Positions 26,901 through 35,881 of a stretch of 64,000 nucleotides of DNA are shown here, piece by piece. The stretch is from Candidatus Woesearchaeota archaeon. GTDB lineage: Archaea; Nanobdellota; Nanobdellia; Woesearchaeales; UBA10216. The stretch is from assembly GCA_016180065.1 (NCBI GenBank), contig JACPBY010000013.1, positions 2,746 to 66,745 of the forward strand, read 5' to 3'. The notes under the pieces were generated by a model. It did no database searches. It was not told where the DNA came from and saw only the letters and a list, made by a program, of their open reading frames with translations. The translations under genes and the position numbers were made by a program. The first letter of the stretch is position 1, and every line of letters begins with the position of its first letter.

Positions 26901-27317
26901 ATGAAACGAAACGTGCCTGCCATTGTTGCAAGAGGCATACTTGCCAAGGTGCCTGCGCATGTAAGCTTCTGGCTGTGCACCAACGAAAACCTCAGAAGCC
27001 TTGTTGAGCTTTCAGAAGCCCTTGCCATGGCTACAGATGATGTCTTCCGCTACCACGTCAACCGCGACAAGAACGACTTTGAGGCGTGGATTAGGGAAAT
27101 TGTAAAAGACAAGGACCTGGCAAGGGAAATTGCACGGGTCAAGACAAAGGAAACCCTCATAAGGAAGATTTCTGAGCGCACTGACGAGCTTAAGACGGTT
27201 CTCAAGAGAAATATACCTAAAAAAAGGCGGCAACGGCCCAAAATCACCAGACGGGCAGCAAGAAAAGGAAAAAAAATGACTGTGAAAAGCGGCAGGGGCA
27301 GCAAAAGAAGGAAATGA
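26901..27317 (+). CDS. hypothetical protein with a basic C-terminal tail
   Basis: 138 aa. The N-terminal block FWLCTNENLRSLVELSEALAMATDDVFRYHVNRDKNDFEAWI is followed by a K/R-rich tail. Confidence 0.55.
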   Translation: MKRNVPAIVARGILAKVPAHVSFWLCTNENLRSLVELSEALAMATDDVFRYHVNRDKNDFEAWIREIVKDKDLAREIARVKTKETLIRKISERTDELKTVLKRNIPKKRRQRPKITRRAARKGKKMTVKSGRGSKRRK

Positions 27318-27362
27318 GCCAACAATAAGTTTTTATAATGCCTCTTTTTCTCCAGGCTCTCA

Positions 27363-27677
27363 ATGGTAAAACGCGTAGGAACCTCAAGGCGCAAGGCAAA
27401 GCACATGTTTTCCGTGCCTAAGAAGGAGAAAGGCAAGCTTCCTGTAAGCGAATTCGTCAAAAAGCTTGAGACCGGCGAGCAGGTGCAGCTCAACCTGAAG
27501 CCATCAATTACCAAAGGAGCATACTTCAGAAGGTTCAGGGGCAGGATGGGGACAGTCGTTGGCATGCAGGGAAGCTGCTATAAGGTAAAGATAAAAGATG
27601 GCGGGAAGGATAAGGAACTGATTGTAGGGGCTGTTCACCTCAGGAAAGCAAATGCAGCTGCGGCCAAAGCGGAGTGA
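27363..27677 (+). CDS. rpl21e: 50S ribosomal protein L21e
   Basis: 104 aa. The pattern GTSRRKAKHMF...GEQVQLNLKPSITKGAYFRRFRGRMGTVVG...YKVKI matches L21e. Confidence 0.9.
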   Translation: MVKRVGTSRRKAKHMFSVPKKEKGKLPVSEFVKKLETGEQVQLNLKPSITKGAYFRRFRGRMGTVVGMQGSCYKVKIKDGGKDKELIVGAVHLRKANAAAAKAE

Positions 27678-27683
27678 AAAAAG

Positions 27684-28034
27684 ATGGAGCCAAAGACAAT
27701 AAGCCAGACGCCAATAACCCTTGCAGAACTGAAGGAAGAAATAGCCAAAATAAAGCAGCGCGAGAAAGAGCCCAGCATAAGGATTACCAGAATGGAGGAG
27801 TACATCAACTCATTTGCCGAGATAAGCCCTGAAGCCGGGAAAGAGCTTCACGCAGCCATTGCCAAGCTTACCATAAACAGGCTGAAAGAAGAGCACATAT
27901 GCAAAATAGTTGATATGCTTCCCAAAACACCAAACGAGCTGAAAGTAGTGCTCCAGGGCTACGGCATAAGCCTCACAAACGACGCAAGCGGCAAGATAAT
28001 CGAACGGGTTAACGAGACGTTGGCGAAGAAGTAG
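27684..28034 (+). CDS. rpoF: DNA-directed RNA polymerase subunit F (Rpo4)
   Basis: 116 aa, immediately after rpl21e as in many archaea. PITLAELKEEI...YINSFAEISPEAGKELHAAIAKL...ICKIVDMLPKTPNELKVVL fits the Rpo4 helical pattern. Confidence 0.72.
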   Translation: MEPKTISQTPITLAELKEEIAKIKQREKEPSIRITRMEEYINSFAEISPEAGKELHAAIAKLTINRLKEEHICKIVDMLPKTPNELKVVLQGYGISLTNDASGKIIERVNETLAKK

Positions 28035-28228
28035 GCAGATTTTCTCAGGTATTAGCTTCTAGTTTCGGAGTAGCCGCAGATTCAAGGCTTGAAGGCTTGT
28101 GATACCAATCAACTCGTCTTGAAAAAGGAACTAAACCTACTCTGTTTTTCCACATCCCAATAAGCTCGTTGTCCAGAGGCTCTTTTGACCTGTGGTCAAG
28201 AACTAATGGTCCACGCTCTGTTTTACCC

Positions 28229-28897
28229 TTAGCGTTTAGCGGCTCTAACTATGCTTTTATATCTTGTCAACTCTGCAACTTTCATGCCAACAGCCTCATT
28301 TACGATGGTTCTGAGCGTAGAGACTATCTGCTGCTCACACACCTTAACTTCACCTTTCCTTTGCTCAGACAAGAAATGATAAGAGTCAGATATTGGCACT
28401 ATTTCGCCAGTAACTGTTCCACTATCATCAATAGCCGGCATACCCGCCAGTATCCTTCCTCTCTGAATCTCTCCGACACTCATAGGCTCATCTTTCTCTT
28501 CAGACAACTTTAAAGTCTGGTTAGCAATTGAAACCACAGTGTCTGGCAGAACCATGAATCGCTCATAACCTGAGCTGTGAATCTTTTCGTGTTCCCGCGC
28601 AGTCAATAAAGAAGGACCATACCGATAGCCTTTCTCAAGCCAAAGGTCAAGCGCTTGGCCAAACAATGGTTTTGCCCTCTCAACTAAGTCATGGTAGCCG
28701 AGTGCTTGTAACTTTTGATGGCCTTCAACATGAATGTCACTCCAGCCACTTGTGCTGTGAAAAAACGAAGAAATAAAATCAGGGATTTTACAGACTTCTT
28801 GACCCATAACTGTGATTGTTTCCCCTATTTCCCTATTTACTCTGTCTAGTACATCCTCCAATCTAAGCTTTCGTTGCCCCTCCTCTTCACTAGCCAT
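28229..28897 (-). CDS. hypothetical protein
   Basis: 222-aa ORF with normal composition. No domain recognised. It lies in an apparent insertion between rpoF and the DUF655 gene. Confidence 0.55.
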   Translation of the reverse strand: MASEEEGQRKLRLEDVLDRVNREIGETITVMGQEVCKIPDFISSFFHSTSGWSDIHVEGHQKLQALGYHDLVERAKPLFGQALDLWLEKGYRYGPSLLTAREHEKIHSSGYERFMVLPDTVVSIANQTLKLSEEKDEPMSVGEIQRGRILAGMPAIDDSGTVTGEIVPISDSYHFLSEQRKGEVKVCEQQIVSTLRTIVNEAVGMKVAELTRYKSIVRAAKR

Positions 28898-29003
28898 AAT
28901 CCATTCGTTTCAAAGCCACTATTTAAATCTTACGATTTTGTGTCATTATAAAGTAGTAAACAAATGGAGATTAAGAGCTTCAGCAACTGCCCAGATTCAT
29001 CAG

Positions 29004-29396
29004 TCACTTCACAAACTCCACGTTTTCCAGTCCTTCAAACATGCTATCTCCGGTTAGGAAAACTAAGCCTTTTTCTTTTGCAGAAACGTAGCCGATGCAG
29101 TCTGTCATTGAAAGGTTCTCGCCTTTATGTTTTTTCCTGAACTTGCTTGCTTTTTTGATCATTTCAACGTCAAAGCTCTGCAGATGCGGAGCGTACTTTT
29201 CAATTTCGGCATCGGCGAACATTTCATTCCCAGATCTGAGAAAATACTGGTGAAGCTCAAAAAGGTTGAGCTTTGTTGTAAAGAAAGCCATGCCCGCATA
29301 CTTCGCGAAAGCCACATCGCCTTCATAAATCTCTATAATTGCGTAAGTGTCAAAGAAAAACTTACCACTCTTTGTAGAGCGTTCTTCTGAATTCAT
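29004..29396 (-). CDS. vapC: PIN-domain toxin (VapC)
   Basis: FFFDTYAIIEI, NLFELHQY, MTDCIGYVSA and FLTGDSMF. Confidence 0.8.
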   Translation of the reverse strand: MNSEERSTKSGKFFFDTYAIIEIYEGDVAFAKYAGMAFFTTKLNLFELHQYFLRSGNEMFADAEIEKYAPHLQSFDVEMIKKASKFRKKHKGENLSMTDCIGYVSAKEKGLVFLTGDSMFEGLENVEFVK

Positions 29397-29598
29397 CCTT
29401 CCACTCCTGTGCTGTTTTTCTTTCACCCTTGCCTTTCAGCTTGCCAAAAGCTTGTTTCAAGACGTCACTTTTTCCTGTAGGGCGTAAGCTCATAACAAAC
29501 TCACTCTTCTCTTGGGCTCCCATCTCCTTCACCATCTCTTTCGGGATAACAAGCCCCAAAGAGCTACCCCACTTCTTTGCCTTAACAAGGGTTTCCAT
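29362..29598 (-). CDS. AbrB/MazE-type antitoxin
   Basis: AKKWGSSLGLVIPKEMVKEMGAQEKSEFVMSL. It overlaps the PIN gene. Confidence 0.75.
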   Translation of the reverse strand: METLVKAKKWGSSLGLVIPKEMVKEMGAQEKSEFVMSLRPTGKSDVLKQAFGKLKGKGERKTAQEWKDEFRRTLYKEW

Positions 29599-29858
29599 CT
29601 TTCAATCAGTTAGTTAGATATGATATAACTAATATAAATAGTTTGCTACTTTTATTTTGTTTATGTTTAGAGAAATGTTCTATATTCACTGCTCCAAGGA
29701 TGATAGTCAAAGTGGCTTAACCCATCTGCCAGCAGCCATGTGCAAAAGTTTTTTATATACCTCTTCTGAATTTACCTGAAAAACACAGTTAGGGGGATAG
29801 CATTAAGATAGTTTGAAGAGCAGCAGAAGAATGCCTGAATCAACGGAGTTGGTGGGAG

Positions 29859-30422
29859 ATGGAACAGCAAAGGACAAGAGAAGAGTGTGCCATAGTGCTG
29901 GACTTCCTGCCAAACGGCTACCCTTTTGACCCAAGACCCAGCTACGTGAAAACTGCCATAGTGCAGGCCCTTGGCAAGGAGCACTTTGTTCTTCTGGAGC
30001 TTGTGCCGAAAAAGGAAATCACGCTCCAGCCGCATGAAGAGATTTACATCGGCGAAGGAAAAAGGGACAAGATACACCACATAAACGGCAGGCTTTCCCC
30101 AAACAAGCTGACGCCAACAGCAAAGGCAGAGCTTGAGTTCGTAATAGCTAACATCATAAAGGCGAACGAGGCAAGGTTTGTCAGCTTCTTCAACACAGCA
30201 CAGCCGTTAAGCACAAGGATGCACAGCCTTGAGCTTTTGCCAGGAATGGGAAAGAAAAGGATGTGGGAAATACTGGAAGCGAAAGAGCAGAAGCCCTTTG
30301 AGGGCTTCAAGGAAATGAAGGGAAGGCTTAAGCTCCTTCCGGACCCGGAAAAAGCCATAGAAAAAAGGATACTTCTCGAAATCACCGAGCCACAGAAGCA
30401 CTACCTGTTTGTGGAGCGGTAG
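29859..30422 (+). CDS. DUF655-family putative RNA-binding protein
   Basis: 187 aa. The pattern AIVLDFLPNGYP...LLELVPK...IYIGEGKRDKI...RLSPNKLTPTAKAELE...FFN.AQP...RMHSLELLPGMGKK matches the DUF655 family usually linked to rpoF. Confidence 0.85.
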   Translation: MEQQRTREECAIVLDFLPNGYPFDPRPSYVKTAIVQALGKEHFVLLELVPKKEITLQPHEEIYIGEGKRDKIHHINGRLSPNKLTPTAKAELEFVIANIIKANEARFVSFFNTAQPLSTRMHSLELLPGMGKKRMWEILEAKEQKPFEGFKEMKGRLKLLPDPEKAIEKRILLEITEPQKHYLFVER

Positions 30423-30620
30423 CTACTCAAACCCTTCCCTTTCTGTGCTCCAATAGCCAACAAGGAACGCAGCCTCGTTGTCACTTAACTCGTCGTTCTC
30501 AAGAAGCTCCTCAATCCAGCCTCCATCGTCATCCTCATTTTCGTAATACACCGCCAAAGCAGGCTTAACTTCAGTTTCAGGCTTAAGATGCAAGCCATTG
30601 CTGTCTTCGCTATCGTCCAT
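30423..30620 (-). CDS. small acidic hypothetical protein
   Basis: 65 aa from the internal ATG (MDDSEDSNGLHLKPETE...), very acidic. The longer 155-aa reading overlaps the divergent membrane gene and is unlikely. Confidence 0.3.
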   Translation of the reverse strand: MDDSEDSNGLHLKPETEVKPALAVYYENEDDDGGWIEELLENDELSDNEAAFLVGYWSTEREGFE

Positions 30621-30790
30621 GCAAACCACCTCTGTTATTTGCCTGAAGCACAATACCCAACTTCTCCAGGCATAAGCACAATCAGGAAGGCACATTATAA
30701 CTAGCTTGTGAAGCAAAAATAGTGACGTAAAATATGTATTGGAAGTCCATATTCCAAAACTTTTTAAAAAGCTGTACCTTTGAGCAACGC

Positions 30791-31462
30791 ATGGTTCACA
30801 TTCCAATAGAAGGCCACATATTTTTCCTGATAGGCCTTGTGCTTGGTTTCCTGTCATCCATATGCGCACTTTACATAGCAGCCTATACATTCAGGGGCTA
30901 CCTTCTGACACGCAACAGGGCAAGCATGTTCTTTTCTGCTTCATTCTTCCTGTTGGGGTTCGGCCTTCTTGGCCGGACGCTGTTCAACTACATCAACGTT
31001 GCTCACCTCCCCGGACTGTTCAACTTTATACCCCAAGGACCGTTCCAGGATTTTCTCGCCATATCCTCAATTTTCCTTGTGAACTCAGGCTATATCATGC
31101 TGACAGCGCTCTTCTTCCGGATAACCAGCAAAAGGGTAACACTCCTGTTATTCGTGCTGCTCGCGCTGCTTACGGTTAGCAGCCAAAGCGCATACCTGAC
31201 AGGCCAGGTGCTTCCTGTCATCCTGCTAGCCTTTGTGCTAACCCACGCGATTGAGAATTTGTTCAAAAAAAAGACTGCCAACGCATTTCTGGTGTTGTCA
31301 TCATTCGCGCTGCTATTCGTGAGCGACATGTTCTTCCTTTTAATACCTGAATCAATTATCTTCTACTTTGTGGGCAACTCGCTGAGGCTGCTTGCATACC
31401 TGCAGTTGCTGGCAAATATATGGCTGGTGTTGAAACATGACATCAAAAAGGGCAAAGCCTGA
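30791..31462 (+). CDS. polytopic membrane protein (hypothetical)
   Basis: About 223 aa with about seven hydrophobic helices. Confidence 0.6.
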   Translation: MVHIPIEGHIFFLIGLVLGFLSSICALYIAAYTFRGYLLTRNRASMFFSASFFLLGFGLLGRTLFNYINVAHLPGLFNFIPQGPFQDFLAISSIFLVNSGYIMLTALFFRITSKRVTLLLFVLLALLTVSSQSAYLTGQVLPVILLAFVLTHAIENLFKKKTANAFLVLSSFALLFVSDMFFLLIPESIIFYFVGNSLRLLAYLQLLANIWLVLKHDIKKGKA

Positions 31463-31718
31463 CATAATATTTGACATCCTCTCAGCAATAAGCGAGAGCG
31501 AGGGCAGCATGAAGCCGACAAGGCTGCTCTACAAGTCAAACCTCTCATATGCCCGGCTTAAGCTCTACCTTGAAAGCCTTATAAAACAAGGGCTGCTTGC
31601 CGTGAAGAAGGAAGGCGACCGCAAGCTGATCTCTCTGACGCAGAAAGGCTATGACTATGTCGCAAAATACAGGCAGCTGAAAGAGTTCATCGAGTCGTTT
31701 GGGGTAACGGAAATTTAA
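31437..31718 (+). CDS. winged-helix DNA-binding protein (HTH_45-like)
   Basis: PDIIFDILSAISESEGSMKPTRLLYKSNLSYARLKLYLESLIKQGLL...LTQKGYDYV matches the archaeal wHTH pattern. Confidence 0.7.
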   Translation: MTSKRAKPDIIFDILSAISESEGSMKPTRLLYKSNLSYARLKLYLESLIKQGLLAVKKEGDRKLISLTQKGYDYVAKYRQLKEFIESFGVTEI

Positions 31719-31784
31719 GCGTGCAATTCTCAAGCGTAAAGTATAAATATCAGTACGACTTAGTTGGTTCTTTGGTGAGAAAAA

Positions 31785-32048
31785 GTGATAATTAAAGTTA
31801 AACTAGGTGGAAAAGGGCAGGTTGTCATACCAAAAATAGTCAGGGAAAGCATAGGGCTCAGGGAGAACTCCACTGCGCTGCTTGAGGTAAAAGAAAAAAA
31901 GGTAGAGATAAGGCCCCTTTCTGCAGAGGACATAGTGGAAAAAGCCAGTGAAATGGCAAGGAAATATGGCGGAAATGTGTCAAAGTGGATATTCGGAGAC
32001 AGATTGTACGAGGAGGAATTTGGCAAAAGCTACGGCGATGGCAAATGA
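31785..32048 (+). CDS. vapB: AbrB/SpoVT-type antitoxin (VapB)
   Basis: GGKGQVVIPKIVRESIGLRENSTALLEV. Its stop overlaps the vapC ATG (ATGA). Confidence 0.8.
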   Translation: MIIKVKLGGKGQVVIPKIVRESIGLRENSTALLEVKEKKVEIRPLSAEDIVEKASEMARKYGGNVSKWIFGDRLYEEEFGKSYGDGK

Positions 32049-32180
32049 TTTACTTAGACGCAAACTTCTTTGTTTTCTGCTTTTTTGACCAGTCAGAGAA
32101 GGGCAAGAATTCCCGCTCATTGCTACAGCAGATAGTTGATGGCAAGGAAGCGGCAACTTCGGCTTTGGCACTGGATGAGG

Positions 32181-32189
32181 TTATGTGGG
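32181..32189 (+). repeat. target-site duplication, left copy (TTATGTGGG)
   Basis: A 9-bp direct repeat flanks the IS. It is identical to 33194-33202. Confidence 0.8.
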
Positions 32190-33193
32190 GATACCGTCTA
32201 CTAAACGAATGATTAATATATGAGTGAATCTATTTCTATGCAATCAGAGGTGTGACCTATGGATTGCATATACTGTAAGTCAAAGAATGTTGTTGAAAAT
32301 GGCAAAAGATACAGGAAAGTAAGAGTAAAACAGAGTTATCTCTGTAACAATTGCCGAAGGCAATTCGTGGAACCTGATGGTTTTGAAAGAATGCGACATT
32401 TACCAGAAGATGTTGTTCGAGCTGTTCACTTGCATGATGATGGTCTTTCATTGTCAAAGGTGCAAAACCAGATGTGGCAGCATGATGGAGTAAAGGTTAC
32501 ACGTTGGACAATTGCAGAATGGCATACAAAGTTTGGTGTTTTTTTAAAATCCGCTAAGCGAGCAAGTCACGCCAACCATAAAGGGGCGAGTTCATTATGA
32601 CGAAAAATACGTAACTGTTGATGAAAAACATTGTTACGATTTGAATGCTGCCGACAGCAAAACCAAATACATTCTGGCTCATTCACTCGTCGAGAAAAGA
32701 ACATTACCTGCGTGCGTTGATTTCCTGAGACAAATCAAGAAATCGTGTTATAAACAAATTTTGGAAGTGTTTCTCAAAGAGAAACACAAGAAGGCAAAAG
32801 ACCGAAGGCTCATGACATTTGTTTGTGATGGCTACTGGCCTTACAGACTGGCATTCAACAAGCTCTTTTACGGAGTTGCCAAACTAGTGTTTGGAGTGCC
32901 AATCGCTAACAAAAAACACGGTGTGAAGCACAACAACAATCCAATCGAGCGGTACAATCAAAACCTTGATGACCGCATTAAAGTGATGAGAAACTTCAAG
33001 AGTTTCTCATGTGCGAAATCTTTTTTTGACCTTCACCGGATTTGCAGGAATTTCATCAATCCCTGCATGCAGCTTAAAGGTAAAACACCCGCAGAAGCCG
33101 CAGAAATAAAGCTTCCACTTGGAAGAAACAAGTTACTGGCTTTAATCAGGCATATGGCTAAACAGAAGCATCATTCGTCAAGATGACAATGTC
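32190..33193 (+). mobile_element. IS6-like insertion sequence (1004 bp)
   Basis: Imperfect terminal inverted repeats of about 25 bp: GATACCGTCTACTAAACGAATGAT, versus GACATTGTCATCTTGACGAATGAT for the reverse complement of the right end. It is flanked by an 8-9 bp direct repeat and carries a Zn-finger plus DDE transposase. Confidence 0.85.
32259..33186 (+). CDS. IS6-like transposase in two frames
   Basis: ORF1 (32259-32600) has an N-terminal Zn finger, CIYCKS...CNNC. ORF2 (open from 32548, to 33186) has DEKYV, CDGYWPY and NNNPIERYN DDE-type motifs. The frame change is +1, and the overlap contains T7A4 at 32539-32549, so this is either a frameshift pseudogene or a programmed slip. Confidence 0.72.
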
Positions 33194-33202
33194 TTATGTG
33201 GG
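33194..33202 (+). repeat. target-site duplication, right copy (TTATGTGGG)
   Basis: Identical to 32181-32189 and immediately outside the right IS end. Confidence 0.8.
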
Positions 33203-33510
33203 CAACAGTTAAAAACGGCAGAAAAGAAGCCCTGCGCCAGCTAATCGAGGGAATCTACGCCATACCGAATCTGGCAATAAGGGAAGTGGGCTCAGAGATT
33301 CCCCTCAGCGCGTTGAATTTTATTGACGAATCCGGCCTTAAGCCAAGGGACGCCTTTCATGCCGCCATCATGCGCAGCTTAGGACTCACTGAGATAGTCA
33401 GCGACGACCATGATTTTGACAAAGTAAAAAGGATTAGACGAATTGAGCTTTAAGCAACCGCAGAAAAGCAGCCTACTTCTTTGCCTCCTTCGTTTCCCCC
33501 TCATTTTTTT

Positions 33511-33565
33511 TTGGAGCAAAGTATTTATACTCTGCGAGAAATAAAGCCCAGCGATGAAAGAGGAA
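33511..33565 (+). repeat. 55-bp cassette-start block, copy 1
   Basis: TTGGAGCAAAGTATTTATACTCTGCGAGAAATAAAGCCCAGCGATGAAAGAGGAA matches 35152-35206 at 54/55. It contains a TATA-like ATTTATA about 27 nt before the ATG, which suggests a leaderless transcript. Confidence 0.9.
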
Positions 33566-33928
33566 ATTAAGCTATGGTGGAGCTATGCGGAAGCTGACCT
33601 GAAAACAGCAGAGCATGCAGCTGAAGCAGGTGACTATTACGCAGCGGGTTTCTGGGCGCAACAGGCAGTTGAGAAAGGGCTGAAGGCGCTTGTCCTCTAC
33701 AAAGGTTCTGAATTCAGGAAAATTCATGATTTGGAAACGCTTGCAAAAAAAGTTGATGCAACTGCTGCCATAATCGATAAATGCAAGAAAATAAGCCCTG
33801 CCTACACAATAGCGAGATATCCTGATGCTGCTCTAAAACCAGCAAAGTCAGTAACTAAAGAAGAAGCTGAAGAACTTGTTAAGCTTGCAAAGGAGGTTTT
33901 GGAATGGGCAAAAAACCAAATGAGATAG
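33554..33928 (+). CDS. HEPN domain protein (cassette 1)
   Basis: 124 aa. WWSYAEADLKTAEHA...AVEKGLKALVL...HDLETLAKKV...RYPD fits the HEPN pattern. It overlaps the MNT gene. Confidence 0.85.
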   Translation: MKEEIKLWWSYAEADLKTAEHAAEAGDYYAAGFWAQQAVEKGLKALVLYKGSEFRKIHDLETLAKKVDATAAIIDKCKKISPAYTIARYPDAALKPAKSVTKEEAEELVKLAKEVLEWAKNQMR

Positions 33929-34224
33929 TTAAGGAACTGAGAAAATTCAAGCTGAAGCTGATAAAGCACATTGCAGTCCAGAAGATGATACTTTTTGGCT
34001 CAACAGCCCGCGGGCAAGCGGGGAAAGACAGTGATATAGACCTCATATTTGTATCGCCCCAATTTAAGGGCGTATCTCCCCTGGGAAGAGCTTATGCTGT
34101 TTCAAAGCAATGGGACCTTGACTACCCCAAAGACTTCCTGTGCTACACCCCAGCTGAATTCCGAAAAATGGAAAAGCTCAGCATCGTGGTCAGGGAAGCA
34201 ATCAGGGAAGGCATAGAAATATGA
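33904..34224 (+). CDS. minimal nucleotidyltransferase (MNT, cassette 1)
   Basis: 106 aa with the LFGSTARGQAGKDSDIDLIFV signature. Confidence 0.88.
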   Translation: MGKKPNEIVKELRKFKLKLIKHIAVQKMILFGSTARGQAGKDSDIDLIFVSPQFKGVSPLGRAYAVSKQWDLDYPKDFLCYTPAEFRKMEKLSIVVREAIREGIEI

Positions 34225-34237
34225 ACTTTGTTTCTGT
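34141..34237 (+). repeat. 97-bp cassette-junction block, copy 1
   Basis: 97/97 identical to 35785-35881. It covers the last 28 MNT codons, the stop, and ATGAACTTTGTTTCTGT of the next ORF. Confidence 0.95.
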
Positions 34238-34245
34238 CCTCTAAA

Positions 34246-35064
34246 ATGGGCATTGGGACCAAACTGAAAATAGGGGTTGTGGTAGCGCTTGTGGGTTTAG
34301 CTGCGCTTGTAGACAATACCCAAGTTTCACTTCCTCCGAGCCACATCACTGCTAGCGGTTTCCCGTCTTATATTCAGGATGCCCGTGGCTTAGCGCTCCA
34401 GCCGTGCCTGGGCGTTAACCCTGATGGTTCAGGCAAGGCCGACAAGTTTTGCATTCTTAGTGACGGTGTCAATTACGACCTTACTGCTCCGATAAGTTTT
34501 CCGGACAACTTCCCTGCTGAATTCTTTTACTGGACTGCTGATTCGTATCTCGCTTTTTCGGAAGGCGGAAGTGCGCTGATGGTTCTCGCACTTGAAGGCG
34601 CGTTTGCCGGAGAAGAAGCAGTTGCTGGTGAGCAGTCGGTCTTTGCCAGGGTAAGATTCAGACTTGATGTTCCTGAAACCGGAACCTATACAGTTGCTTT
34701 TCCTTTCGGCACAAGAACATATGTTGTTGATGCCCTTGAGCCAGGCCCTGAGATAAGGGACACGTCAGACATAGGATGCTTTGCATTAGGAACTGGGGTT
34801 TTGTCATGCGACCCGAATGTTCCTCTAGGCAACACCAACAACTTTGGGCTTGCGCGGTTAGGCCTGTTAGGGCCATTCCTCAGAGCAGTGAGCCCGGCAC
34901 CTCCAGCAGGATACCTGGGCAATCCAGCAGTTCTCCAGACTGTTACTGGAGGCACAAACGGAAACACCTTCAGGGTTCAGGGGCCATCTGCAGCTTCAAC
35001 TGCTGAAACAAACATGTTCGCGGTTTCAGGCAAAATCGCCACGAGACACCATCCCTACAAATAA
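34246..35064 (+). CDS. secreted or membrane-anchored hypothetical protein (cassette 1 cargo)
   Basis: 272 aa from ATG 34246, with the N-terminal hydrophobic segment KIGVVVALVGLAALV. The conserved coupled start at 34221 is cut off after 7 codons in this copy. Confidence 0.6.
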   Translation: MGIGTKLKIGVVVALVGLAALVDNTQVSLPPSHITASGFPSYIQDARGLALQPCLGVNPDGSGKADKFCILSDGVNYDLTAPISFPDNFPAEFFYWTADSYLAFSEGGSALMVLALEGAFAGEEAVAGEQSVFARVRFRLDVPETGTYTVAFPFGTRTYVVDALEPGPEIRDTSDIGCFALGTGVLSCDPNVPLGNTNNFGLARLGLLGPFLRAVSPAPPAGYLGNPAVLQTVTGGTNGNTFRVQGPSAASTAETNMFAVSGKIATRHHPYK

Positions 35065-35069
35065 CCCGC

Positions 35070-35150
35070 CTATTCCTGCTCCTTCCCTTCCCTCACTTTA
35101 ATAACGATAACCTTGCCCTGACTCTCAATGAACGTTACCGTGCTGCTTAT
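35070..35150 (-). pseudogene. relic of the aIF5A 3' end
   Basis: The minus-strand translation ...KISSTVTFIESQGKVIVIKVREGKEQE* parallels the true aIF5A C-terminus ...VVTFIEIQGKIIVIEIREGKEQE*. The first 27 nt are identical to 36779-36805. Confidence 0.78.
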
Positions 35151-35151
35151 C

Positions 35152-35206
35152 TTGGAGCAAAATATTTATACTCTGCGAGAAATAAAGCCCAGCGATGAAA
35201 GAGGAA
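35152..35206 (+). repeat. 55-bp cassette-start block, copy 2
   Basis: 54/55 identical to 33511-33565. Confidence 0.9.
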
Positions 35207-35572
35207 GTAAAAATATGGTGGGAGCAAGCCAAACGAGATTTACTCAGTGCAGAGCATGCGCTGCAGTCAGAGGATTATTACCAAGTGGCGTATTTGGCGC
35301 ACCAAACCGTTGAAAAAGCCCTAAAGGCTTTATTGCTTGACAGAAAAGGAGGTTTCTCTAAAGGTCATGATTTGCCATATTATGCAAAACAGTTAGATGT
35401 TCCAAGCAGTATAATGAGCGCTTGCGAGCAACTCAATCCTGTGTATTTAAAATCACGTTACCCTGACGTTGCCGGAACTTCGCCTTTTGAGCTTTTTTCT
35501 CGTTCTGATGCAATTAAAGCAGTCACAGCTGCAAAGGAGGTAATCGAATGGGCAAAACACCTGTTCAAGTGA
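35195..35572 (+). CDS. HEPN domain protein (cassette 2)
   Basis: 125 aa. WWEQAKRDLLSAEHA...TVEKALKALLL...HDLPYYAKQL...RYPD. By eye it is roughly 40-45% identical to the cassette 1 HEPN. Confidence 0.85.
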   Translation: MKEEVKIWWEQAKRDLLSAEHALQSEDYYQVAYLAHQTVEKALKALLLDRKGGFSKGHDLPYYAKQLDVPSSIMSACEQLNPVYLKSRYPDVAGTSPFELFSRSDAIKAVTAAKEVIEWAKHLFK

Positions 35573-35868
35573 CAAAGGACTTGAAGCTTTTTAAGGAGCG
35601 TGTAACTAGAAAAATCAAGGTTAGCAAGCTGCTGCTGTTTGGCTCAATGGCACGCGGCACCAACCGCAAAGATAGCGATGTTGATGTTATACTTGTTTCG
35701 CCAAATTTTAAGAAGCAGAGATGGATTAAAAGAGCCCCTCCCTTATACAAATTTTGGCCGTACAACCGCCCGTTTGAATTATTGTGCTACACCCCAGCTG
35801 AATTCCGAAAAATGGAAAAGCTCAGCATCGTGGTCAGGGAAGCAATCAGGGAAGGCATAGAAATATGA
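35548..35868 (+). CDS. minimal nucleotidyltransferase (MNT, cassette 2)
   Basis: 106 aa with LFGSMARGTNRKDSDVDVILV. The last 28 aa are identical to the cassette 1 MNT. Confidence 0.88.
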   Translation: MGKTPVQVTKDLKLFKERVTRKIKVSKLLLFGSMARGTNRKDSDVDVILVSPNFKKQRWIKRAPPLYKFWPYNRPFELLCYTPAEFRKMEKLSIVVREAIREGIEI

Positions 35869-35881
35869 ACTTTGTTTCTGT
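35785..35881 (+). repeat. 97-bp cassette-junction block, copy 2
   Basis: 97/97 identical to 34141-34237. Confidence 0.95.

Larger units (their letters stand above)
32045..33453 (+). pseudogene. vapC: vapC (PIN toxin) interrupted by an IS insertion
   Basis: The 5' part 32045-32189 (MIYLDANFFVF...ALDEVMW) and the 3' part 33194-33453 (..WATVKNGRK...PRDAFHAAIM...IVSDDHDF...) join in frame once the IS and one target-site duplication copy are removed. Confidence 0.88.
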
